Part shown: one piece after another, positions 16,690-23,377 of the stretch
How positions within the stretch are numbered: position 1 is the first letter of the stretch
How the letters are laid out: each line of letters begins with the position of its first letter
IMG/VR virus record: IMGVR_UViG_3300037419_001256
Coordinates: 1-40,804 of that record
Origin: a virus
Taxonomy: Duplodnaviria; Caudoviricetes
DNA: 40,804 nucleotides
Strand: one strand, 5' to 3'
Made by a program: the position numbers and the translations under genes
The notes under the pieces: model-generated
What the model was told of the DNA's origin: nothing
Databases searched by the model: none
Seen by the model: the letters and a program-made list of their open reading frames with translations, nothing else

Positions 16690-16856
16690 AACCATCATTG
16701 CTGGAGCTTGCCGAGCGCTATCAGCAGCACGCAATTCGAGTGGCAAAACTCGCGATTAGCCCGATTGGCGTGAGCAGGGCCGATGCTGCGACTGCCGCCG
16801 ATTGTTTCGCGATTGCCGCCGCTCTCCGCGCATCCAATACGAAGGAAGAGAAATGA
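16686..16856 (+). CDS. Hypothetical protein (56 aa)
   Basis: GGAGG RBS; MKPSLLELAERYQQHAI...ALRASNTKEEK; ATGA-coupled. Confidence 0.55.
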   Translation: MKPSLLELAERYQQHAIRVAKLAISPIGVSRADAATAADCFAIAAALRASNTKEEK

Positions 16857-17176
16857 GCGGACGCTTCAACGGAAGCGCTCTCGGCATTCGTCTGAAGATG
16901 CTTCGCGAATTGCGCGGCATGAGCTTGCAACAGGTCGCCGACGCTGCCGATCTAACCAAGTCTCACGTTTGGGAGCTTGAGCAGGGCCGCGCGATAAATC
17001 CGACTGTAAACGCCGTTTGGGGCTTGGCGGAAGCTCTCGCCGTCGCGCCGGGAACGCTGCTCGGTCTCGATGATCGTGTGCCGCAACTCGACCCATTTGC
17101 GCTCAAATTGGCGGGCATGATCGACCGCGAGATCAAGAGGCGCGCATCCAATACGAACAAGGAGCAGGAACAGTGA
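16853..17176 (+). CDS. XRE-family HTH regulator
   Basis: LKMLRELRGMSLQQVADAADLTKSHVWELEQGRAINPT. Confidence 0.88.
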   Translation: MSGRFNGSALGIRLKMLRELRGMSLQQVADAADLTKSHVWELEQGRAINPTVNAVWGLAEALAVAPGTLLGLDDRVPQLDPFALKLAGMIDREIKRRASNTNKEQEQ

Positions 17177-17376
17177 GCAACCCCGGATACTGCCCTGACT
17201 GCAAGGAAAGCGGATGGGCATGTCGCTGTGGCCGCGAATCATTACCGAAAGCCCAAGGGGGCGATGCTGATTGGCTGCGCGTGTTCGCCGATGCCTACAA
17301 GGACGACATTAGCGAGATTAGCCGAAATAAGCTGCTCGAAATTGCTGACCGTCTCGCGAACAAGGAGCAGGAATGA
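17173..17376 (+). CDS. Small Cys-rich hypothetical protein
   Basis: CPDC...CRC; coupled through the junction repeats. Confidence 0.55.
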   Translation: MSNPGYCPDCKESGWACRCGRESLPKAQGGDADWLRVFADAYKDDISEISRNKLLEIADRLANKEQE

Positions 17377-17900
17377 ACGCGCTCCCGCCCATTCTCGACG
17401 CCTGCTGCGGCGAGCGCACCTTCTGGTATGACAGGAAGGACGCACGAGCTCTATTCATCGACAAGCGCCGCGAAACGCACCCTATCGACATCGGGACGCC
17501 GGGAACACGCGGGCGGTCCCCGATTGTCGTCGATCCTGATATGCTCGCCGACTTCACCGATCTGCCGTTCCCCGATGCCAGCTTCCATCTGGTCGTTTTT
17601 GATCCGCCTCACGTGCAGCGCAAGGAAGCGCTGGGTGTAATCACGCGCCGATACGGGCATTTAACTGGCGACTGGAAAGACATGCTCTCTCGCGGGTTCG
17701 CGGAATGCTTCCGCGTGCTCAGGCCTAACGGGACGCTCGTGTTCAAATGGGCCGAATCCCAATTTCGCGTAAAGGATATTCTCGCGCTCACGCCCGAGAG
17801 GCCGCTGTTCGGCCACAAGACGAGCAAGACGACGCATTGGGTCGTGTTCATGAAAGACGCCTACGCCCGCGCCAATACGAACAAGGAGCAAGAACAGTGA
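17373..17900 (+). CDS. SAM-dependent methyltransferase (amino-MTase type, DPPH)
   Basis: ILDACCG.R.FW (motif I), VVFDPPH (motif IV), RVLRPNG. Confidence 0.85.
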   Translation: MNALPPILDACCGERTFWYDRKDARALFIDKRRETHPIDIGTPGTRGRSPIVVDPDMLADFTDLPFPDASFHLVVFDPPHVQRKEALGVITRRYGHLTGDWKDMLSRGFAECFRVLRPNGTLVFKWAESQFRVKDILALTPERPLFGHKTSKTTHWVVFMKDAYARANTNKEQEQ

Positions 17901-18160
17901 GGCTCAACATTTACAGCCAAGAGTTAACCGATGAGGTCGAGCTTGGCCTTAAGCCGAGCAACACGGGCATTGGATACTCGTTCGTTCGCATGTTCCTGAA
18001 GAGTGCGCCCGAGCTTCATCATCCGCCGCAGGACGATGACAGGAGCGCGATAACCTTCTGGCTACCGAAGTCCATGTGGCGGCGCGAAGAACTGGCGACG
18101 GCCTTTGAACAAATGGCTGAGCTGGTCCGCAGAGCGCCCAATGAAACAGGATTGGACTGA
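17897..18160 (+). CDS. Hypothetical protein (87 aa)
   Basis: GTG inside a junction repeat; MRLNIYSQELT...DDDRSAITFW. Confidence 0.65.
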   Translation: MRLNIYSQELTDEVELGLKPSNTGIGYSFVRMFLKSAPELHHPPQDDDRSAITFWLPKSMWRREELATAFEQMAELVRRAPNETGLD

Positions 18161-18474
18161 TGACCCAACCCCCTCCGACACTCAAAGCGATGCCGCGCGG
18201 CAAAGCAACGCTCCGTGAAGTCCACGACTTTCTGAACGGGCTTTCCGATAGCCAGTTCGCGGTGCTCGCCGGTGGTGAATACTGCGAAGATTTGCTCGGC
18301 ATGATCGTCGGTTCAATGGGCCGAGCGCTGGATGCATCCCCTAACCCCGAAGCCAGCGAGATTATGCGGGAGGCGCTGGAGCGGATTGAGCGGCTGCGCT
18401 TGAGCGGGATGGAAACAGAAGCGCAACAAATTGCTCGCGAAGCTCTGTCCTCAATATGTAAGGGGGAGCAATAG
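18160..18474 (+). CDS. Hypothetical protein (104 aa)
   Basis: TGATG-coupled ORF. Confidence 0.55.
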   Translation: MTQPPPTLKAMPRGKATLREVHDFLNGLSDSQFAVLAGGEYCEDLLGMIVGSMGRALDASPNPEASEIMREALERIERLRLSGMETEAQQIAREALSSICKGEQ

Positions 18475-18479
18475 TGTTT

Positions 18480-18552
18480 GGGCAGCTTCTCCCGCTCTCG
18501 CGCTACGCGCCGAGCCTGTTCCACGTCTCGGCCCTACGGGCTTCGATCGGGG
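18480..18552 (-). repeat. Four-way-junction element L5
   Basis: Minus strand CCCGATC GAA G [CCC GTA GGG] [CCGAGAC..GGCTCGG] [CGC GTA GCG] C GA GAGCGGG ..GCCC. Confidence 0.85.
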
Positions 18553-18556
18553 CTGC

Positions 18557-18871
18557 GTGAACCAGTCCCGCCCCTTCTCGCCTGAGACCTTGGCCGCTCG
18601 GTGGGCTTGCTCATCCGAGACGGTTCGGCAAATGTGCCGTCGTGGGGATCTCGGCTACTTCCGGCTCGGGAAGCTGATTCGCATCCCCGCCAATGAGGTC
18701 GAACGGGTCGAATGTCAGAATACCGTCTCGTCAGGCACCGAGGAAAATACAGCCTCGCCTACGGAACTCCCCGCAAGCGAATTGCGACTGGCACGGCTGA
18801 TCGGGGACGGGCCGAAGCTATCGCTGGTGAACTCTGGCGCCGGATCAACCGGCCAGCAGCGGAACGGGTAG
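18557..18871 (+). CDS. xis: Excisionase (HTH) with a C-terminal tail overlapping int
   Basis: PFSPETLAARWACSSETVRQMCRRGDLGYFRLGKLIRIP, an excisionase-type HTH directly upstream of int. Confidence 0.75.
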   Translation: MNQSRPFSPETLAARWACSSETVRQMCRRGDLGYFRLGKLIRIPANEVERVECQNTVSSGTEENTASPTELPASELRLARLIGDGPKLSLVNSGAGSTGQQRNG

Positions 18872-19674
18872 CCGACCTATGGGCACCCTACTCTACGGAC
18901 AGGATCGCCAACGGCGGCTCAAAGTCGCGGATCGACTCGCTCTGGAAAACGCTGGAGCCGCACTTCGGCTACAAGCTCGGCAAGGCCATAACGAAGGCCG
19001 ACTGCCGCGACTATGCGGCGATGAGGAAGCGGCAAGGGAAATCACCCTCCACCATAAAGACGGAGCTCGAAGCGTTGCGGGCGTGTCTGCGCTGGCACTA
19101 CGGGAAGGAAGCGCCGATCATCGTCGCGCCGTCACCGTCGAAGCCGCGGGACCGCTATCTCACGAAAGAGGAAGCGAAGCGCCTGCTGGACGCGATCGAG
19201 ACGCCGCACGCCAAGCTATTCGTGGAAATAGCTTTGGGAACCGGAGCCAGGATGGGCGCGATCCTCGACTTGACCTGGGATCGGGTGGATCTGAAGCACA
19301 ACCTCATCGACTTCAAACCCGCCGGACGGGCGACCACGAACAAGCGCCGCGTGGAGGTCGGGATAACGCCCCGACTACGGGAGAGGCTGGAGGAAGCGCG
19401 CAAAGGCGCTCTAACCGATCATGTGATCGAGTATGGGGGAAAGCCGGTCAAGAGCGTGAAGAAGGCCGTTGCCGCCGCCGCTCGGAGGGCTGGAGTGCCG
19501 TGCTCGCCTCATGTGTTCAGGCATACGGCAGCGGTATGGATGGCCCAGGCCGACGTTCCGCTGGACAGGATCGCGCAGGTTCTCGGGCATACGTCGCCGA
19601 GGGTCACTTACGCCACCTATGCGCGCTATTCGCCCCGGTTCATGGCCGATGCGATGGCCGCTTTGGACTGGTGA
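18712..19674 (+). CDS. int: Tyrosine integrase
   Basis: TGAR, K, HVFRH, LGH and Y (TYARY) catalytic residues; next to a tRNA-derived attP. Confidence 0.95.
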   Translation: MSEYRLVRHRGKYSLAYGTPRKRIATGTADRGRAEAIAGELWRRINRPAAERVADLWAPYSTDRIANGGSKSRIDSLWKTLEPHFGYKLGKAITKADCRDYAAMRKRQGKSPSTIKTELEALRACLRWHYGKEAPIIVAPSPSKPRDRYLTKEEAKRLLDAIETPHAKLFVEIALGTGARMGAILDLTWDRVDLKHNLIDFKPAGRATTNKRRVEVGITPRLRERLEEARKGALTDHVIEYGGKPVKSVKKAVAAAARRAGVPCSPHVFRHTAAVWMAQADVPLDRIAQVLGHTSPRVTYATYARYSPRFMADAMAALDW

Positions 19675-19734
19675 GTGGTTCATCGGTTCCGGCCAACCCT
19701 CTCGGAGTCTGTGGAGAAAGTGGCGGAAAACTGC

Positions 19735-19778
19735 GGTGGGCGCTACAGGATTTGAACCTGTGGCCTCCTCGGTGTAAA
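19735..19778 (-). other. attP core: 3' half of tRNA-Val(UAC)
   Basis: Minus strand TTTACAC CGAGG AGGCC ACAGG TTCAAAT CCTGT AGCGCCC ACC, i.e. anticodon loop, T-arm and acceptor 3' strand; 5' half absent; TCTGTGGA(G/C)AA repeats flank it at 19708 and 19846. Confidence 0.85.
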
Positions 19779-19873
19779 AGCGAGCGCCCCACGCAAATCT
19801 GCGGTTTTTTACCCACGATTGCGAGGGATTACGCCAACGTCTCTCTCTGTGGACAAGTCGCGGGTGGTTCCAA

Positions 19874-20473
19874 ATGAACCAGCCGACACTCTCGGAAATT
19901 GTCGTGCCTGAAGGCGGCTTCGGTGCCATCTATGCCGATCCGCCTTGGCGCTTCGCGTGCTGGAGCGGCAAGGGAACGGCGCGTTCGGCAGACAACCATT
20001 ACGACACGATGGCGCTTGAGGACATCGCTGCGCTGCCGGTGGCAGACATTGCCGCCGAGGATTGCGTTCTGCTGATGTGGGCGTGCTGGCCGCTTCTCCC
20101 CGAAGCTCTGAAGCTGATCGACGCTTGGGGCTTCACCTACAAGACGTGCGGCTTCGACTGGATGAAGGCGAACAACAGTCAGCCCGACATGTTCAGGGAG
20201 GACGCGGACGTTCAGGTGGGCATGGGGTATTGGACTCGCGCCAATAGCGAGCCGTGCCTTCTCGCCACGCGAGGCAAGCCTAAGCGCATCAACGCAGATG
20301 TCCGCATGGGAATTATCGAGCCGCGCCGAGAGCACAGCCGCAAGCCAGATTGCGTCCACCGCCGCAGCGAGCGCCTAGTCGGTGGGCCGTACCTGGAGAT
20401 GTTCGCCCGCACCCCCCGCGAAGGCTGGACCGTGTGGGGCAACCAAACAGACAAGTTCGCGAGGGCTGCATGA
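19874..20473 (+). CDS. MT-A70-family adenine methyltransferase
   Basis: IYADPPW, LMW, WGF.Y, GMGYWTR...E.CLLATRG, HSRKP, LEMFAR, WGNQ. Confidence 0.93.
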   Translation: MNQPTLSEIVVPEGGFGAIYADPPWRFACWSGKGTARSADNHYDTMALEDIAALPVADIAAEDCVLLMWACWPLLPEALKLIDAWGFTYKTCGFDWMKANNSQPDMFREDADVQVGMGYWTRANSEPCLLATRGKPKRINADVRMGIIEPRREHSRKPDCVHRRSERLVGGPYLEMFARTPREGWTVWGNQTDKFARAA

Positions 20474-20730
20474 CAAGAGAACTAGAGGACGCCGTGGTGC
20501 GCGTTTCAACGTGGCTCTCGCGGTTGCCTAGGGCCGCTTATCGCGGGCCGGGACTGCGCGCCACGCCGATCGCAGAGATCGAAACGCTGGTCGCGGCCTA
20601 CTCGACGGTACTCAAGCCTACTCTTCCCGCGCAAGGGATCGACACGCGAAGCGCCATCGACGCGCAGCGGCGTGGCCCGAAGGGTGAGAGCCCGGTCGCC
20701 AACGGCGATGCGCCCAAAGGAGCAAGTTAA
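20470..20730 (+). CDS. Hypothetical protein; C-terminus encoded by repeat R3
   Basis: ATGA-coupled to the MT-A70 gene. Confidence 0.5.
   Translation: MTRELEDAVVRVSTWLSRLPRAAYRGPGLRATPIAEIETLVAAYSTVLKPTLPAQGIDTRSAIDAQRRGPKGESPVANGDAPKGAS
20626..20715 (+). repeat. Four-way-junction element R3
   Basis: GGGATC GAC A [CGC GAA GCG] [CCATCGAC..GGCGTGG] [CCC GAA GGG] T GA GAGCCC GG, hairpin, TGCGCCC. Confidence 0.82.
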
Positions 20731-20792
20731 TGCCCAACTCAGGTGATAAACCAGTATCGTTTGGCATATCTGAACAAGGGGAGATGTAGATT

Positions 20793-21374
20793 ATGGGCGC
20801 ATCGGCTACGCCGACCGGGCCTGCGCCCTCCGGGCTGAGTCAATCTTCGTTGTCTCAGGCAGAGCCGCTAGTCCCTTGCGCGGGCCTAGGTCTTCCGACC
20901 GACTTGGCACACCATTACTTCTGGAGCGGATATTGGGACGGCCCGATCGATGGATGGATTTACGTTCGGGGGCAATTCTACCACTTTGACAGTCTGGGAG
21001 ACGCGCTGGCGCTCAATCATCGCATCTACGGCGTCTATTACGTTCCCAAGTCTGTTCGCGCTGCTCACATGCTACGGCACCGCAGCTTCGCGCTCCAAGT
21101 CGGCCGCCACACAGGCCGCAAGCCGGGCGAGCCGCGGCGCTTCTTCAGCGAGGCAGCGAAGCCAAATTGGAAGGTGTGGTATCTCGCCAACTCAAAACCG
21201 CTGCCACCAATCGAGCGCAAGATGATGGTCGGGATTACGCGACTGCGCGACGGAGTTGTTCACTGGCTCGACAAGCCGGAGCACTTCTCGCGGGAGTGGC
21301 AATATCTCGACAGCGACGAGGATGAGGAAGACACGCCCGCGACGGCGAAGCCGGGACGCCCAAACACCGTTTAG
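20793..21374 (+). CDS. Hypothetical protein (193 aa) with repeat-derived N- and C-termini
   Basis: GGGAGA RBS; core YWDGPIDGW.YVRGQFYHF. Confidence 0.6.
   Translation: MGASATPTGPAPSGLSQSSLSQAEPLVPCAGLGLPTDLAHHYFWSGYWDGPIDGWIYVRGQFYHFDSLGDALALNHRIYGVYYVPKSVRAAHMLRHRSFALQVGRHTGRKPGEPRRFFSEAAKPNWKVWYLANSKPLPPIERKMMVGITRLRDGVVHWLDKPEHFSREWQYLDSDEDEEDTPATAKPGRPNTV
20795..20884 (-). repeat. Four-way-junction element L6
   Basis: Plus strand GGGCGCA TCGGCTACGCCGA CCGGGCCTGC GCCCTCCGGGC TGAGTC..GTCTCA GGCAGAGCC GCTAGTCCCTTGCGCGGG. Confidence 0.8.
21342..21361 (+). repeat. Truncated element (terminal hairpin plus CGCCC only)
   Basis: CGGC GAA GCCG GGACGCCC followed by AAACACC, similar to the GAACACC after R2. 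Confidence 0.55.
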
Positions 21375-21386
21375 AGGACTATAAAG

Positions 21387-21614
21387 ATGAGCGAACTACG
21401 GGAGAAGGTGGCGGACGTTTTCGCCGGCGTGCTGTCCGAGATAGAGACTGGCGGCGATTGGGCTCTGATGGACCGCGCTTATGAGCTTGCTGACGAAATC
21501 CTCGCGATTCCCGAAATCCGCGAAGGATTATATCTCTACTCACGAAAGAAGGTGAAAGCGGGTAAGCCATCCAGGGAACCCGCTCTTGGGCATTCGATAG
21601 GGACGAGACGATGA
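21387..21614 (+). CDS. Hypothetical protein (75 aa)
   Basis: GAGGA RBS; ATGA-coupled. Confidence 0.6.
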   Translation: MSELREKVADVFAGVLSEIETGGDWALMDRAYELADEILAIPEIREGLYLYSRKKVKAGKPSREPALGHSIGTRR

Positions 21615-21946
21615 GCGACAGAATCATTGATTTAGAGGCTGGCGTTAAGCTCTACCGGACGCAGGCTCGCGCCAAACAGATTGTCGATATGTGCGTGGCG
21701 CACTCTCTGAATGAGCAGGGCGAACCTGACGAACACAACTTCCGTCGCTTCGCCCATGATGTCGCTGCGCTCGCGACGACGACGCTGCTACGCTACATCT
21801 ACGACGATGACGCTGAGATAAACAGGCTCGCGGTAGAGCGTGACCACTACAAGCGCCTCGCCGAAGAGGGTCTCCGCTGTCAGCCGATTGGCCCACTGAT
21901 TATCGCGTCAGTCGATACCGACCCGAAGGGCCGAGACACGAAGTAG
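21611..21946 (+). CDS. Hypothetical protein (111 aa); ends inside repeat R4
   Basis: Last plus-strand early ORF. Confidence 0.6.
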   Translation: MSDRIIDLEAGVKLYRTQARAKQIVDMCVAHSLNEQGEPDEHNFRRFAHDVAALATTTLLRYIYDDDAEINRLAVERDHYKRLAEEGLRCQPIGPLIIASVDTDPKGRDTK

Positions 21947-21993
21947 GCTCGGTGCGCAAGCATCGGTAGCGCGGTGCCGTCAGGCAGACGCCC
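21910..21993 (+). repeat. Four-way-junction element R4
   Basis: GTCGATACCGA [CCCGAAGGG] [CCGAGAC..GGCTCGG] [TGC GCAA GCA] TCGGTAGCGCGG TGCCGTCAGGCA GACGCCC. Confidence 0.88.
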
Positions 21994-22133
21994 TAACCCT
22001 TCTTCCTCTTCTTAACAGATAGAATAAGCATTACCGCAAGGGCGTGGCAGTCCTCTATGGATAATGTCACTTCCAATCGACCCGTTTCCGGTGTGAATAC
22101 CAGCTTTCCGAGCTCGATCGGCTTGGTGCTCAT
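21993..22133 (-). CDS. Small hypothetical protein (46 aa), last late gene
   Basis: ATGA-coupled to the Rz-like gene. Confidence 0.45.
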   Translation of the reverse strand: MSTKPIELGKLVFTPETGRLEVTLSIEDCHALAVMLILSVKKRKKG

Positions 22134-22618
22134 TTGTTCGGATCGATTGCCGACTGCTTGAGGTTCCAGTCGATCAGCTGGTCGTGCCGTTCTTCGTTTT
22201 CGGCTGCTCGCACATGCTCTTGGGGCGAAAGACACATCCAGGCCGGATCAACAGCTCGGCAGGGGGCGTCGCTGGAGACGCCTGCTGGGGGGCGACCGGC
22301 AGCACGTCGAGCGGCTTCGGCCTCTCGTTGCAGCTCGCCACGAATAGACTCAAGGCGAGCGTTAAGGTTGCTCGTGACTTCATGGGTGATCTGCTCCTGT
22401 TGGGCTTTGACCCGCTGGATCTGCGCGTCGTTCAGGGCCTTCGCCGAGCGTTGGGCATTCTCGTAATTGGCTTTGTCCTGCGCCCGTAGCTCGGTTAACT
22501 CGGCGTTCCTCTGCGCGAGCTTGTGCGAATGAATCCTCTCCAGCTTCAGCGCAATTCCAAGCATGATGCAGAGGAACAGCGATCCGCCGAAGAGCCATTT
22601 CCACAGGGCGCTAAGCAT
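22130..22618 (-). CDS. i-spanin (Rz-like)
   Basis: N-terminal TM segment followed by a long coiled coil; at the end of the lysis cassette. Confidence 0.75.
   Translation of the reverse strand: MLSALWKWLFGGSLFLCIMLGIALKLERIHSHKLAQRNAELTELRAQDKANYENAQRSAKALNDAQIQRVKAQQEQITHEVTSNLNARLESIRGELQREAEAARRAAGRPPAGVSSDAPCRAVDPAWMCLSPQEHVRAAENEERHDQLIDWNLKQSAIDPNK
22174..22383 (-). CDS. o-spanin lipoprotein (Rz1-like), embedded in the Rz-like gene
   Basis: Signal peptide with lipobox FVAS-C and a Pro-rich body; nested in an alternate frame of Rz. Confidence 0.7.
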   Translation of the reverse strand: MKSRATLTLALSLFVASCNERPKPLDVLPVAPQQASPATPPAELLIRPGCVFRPKSMCEQPKTKNGTTS

Positions 22619-22796
22619 CGTTGCCCCTGTGCTTCCCGCCCAAACTGGCGGCGGCAATCAGTGCATAGACCGGCGCAATTACGGGCCACATGATCGCGAG
22701 GCCAACGACCTCGTTCCATGCCCTCCGGCGAGCATACCGGCTAAGCAAATATGCGAAGCTCGGAGCGCCCACCGCATAGATGATGAGAACGGTCAT
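22611..22796 (-). CDS. Small two-TM membrane protein (61 aa)
   Basis: Two hydrophobic segments; ATGA-coupled to the protease gene. Confidence 0.5.
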   Translation of the reverse strand: MTVLIIYAVGAPSFAYLLSRYARRRAWNEVVGLAIMWPVIAPVYALIAAASLGGKHRGNDA

Positions 22797-23362
22797 GCGG
22801 CCTCCTTGCAAATTGGCATGTCCTTCATCTGCACGCTCCCGCTCAGCCCCTTCTGCGGATCGTAGAAGTTGATGATCCCCACGACCTTGCCCGTGGCGTC
22901 GTCTGTAATTTCACCGCCCGATTGGCCGGGGATCACGGTAAAAATGCCCCACAGGATGCCGAAGCCCGCGTTCCAGGCACCCGTGCTGATGAGGTTGATC
23001 GAGGTCAGCTCAGGAAGTCCGCGAGCGTGGCCTGTTGCGGTGTAAGTGCGGCCCTTGACGAACCCGCCGCAATCAATCGTGCGGAACGGTCCAGGCTCAG
23101 CGGTCCACAGCATCGAGAAGTCGTTCGTCGGGCTGTTGTAGATGACCTTGAACGGCTTGCCGTTGATGCTGCACCGCTCGGGGTTGTCCTTGACCACATG
23201 GCGGGCCGTCACGAGGAGGTTGGGGCCGATCCTCACGGCGCTCCCCCGCGAGGTGACGCAATCGACCATTGGGACGATTTGCTGCTCGATCTCGGGGAAT
23301 GCCTCGGGCGCAACAGGAGAGGCCGCACTGGCAAACGCCAGCGCGAGCAGCGCGTGGGTCAT
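22793..23362 (-). CDS. Trypsin-like (S1) serine protease with signal peptide
   Basis: Triad motifs VTARHV (His), NDF (Asp), PGQSGG (Ser); N-terminal MTHALLALAFASAA. Confidence 0.85.
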   Translation of the reverse strand: MTHALLALAFASAASPVAPEAFPEIEQQIVPMVDCVTSRGSAVRIGPNLLVTARHVVKDNPERCSINGKPFKVIYNSPTNDFSMLWTAEPGPFRTIDCGGFVKGRTYTATGHARGLPELTSINLISTGAWNAGFGILWGIFTVIPGQSGGEITDDATGKVVGIINFYDPQKGLSGSVQMKDMPICKEAA

Positions 23363-23377
23363 GGTGGATGCTTTCGG

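Larger units (their letters stand above)
16827..17900 (+). repeat. Four gene-junction direct repeats (16827-16856, 17141-17176, 17355-17376, 17868-17900)
   Basis: Consensus CGCGC(AT)CCAATACGAACAAGGAGCAGGAA(CA)RTGA, containing the RBS and the stop/start overlap. Confidence 0.85.

Noticed and set aside
19735-19800. Complete tRNA-Val gene
   Set aside because: Only the anticodon loop to the acceptor 3' strand is present; the D-arm and 5' acceptor strand are missing, so it is an attP core
18879-19877. 332-aa alternate-frame ORF across int and attP
   Set aside because: Arg/Gly-rich and motif-free, as expected for an off-frame read of high-GC DNA; unlike the MTase beta ORF it supplies no missing motif
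12032-20473. Restriction-modification system
   Set aside because: No restriction endonuclease next to any MTase; the nucleases present belong to recombination-type families
10741-21993. The repeat family as a CRISPR array, ribozymes or intrinsic terminators
   Set aside because: Copies are dispersed, divergent and in both orientations, with no regular spacers or cas genes, no hammerhead/HDV/twister core that I can recognise, and no U-tracts
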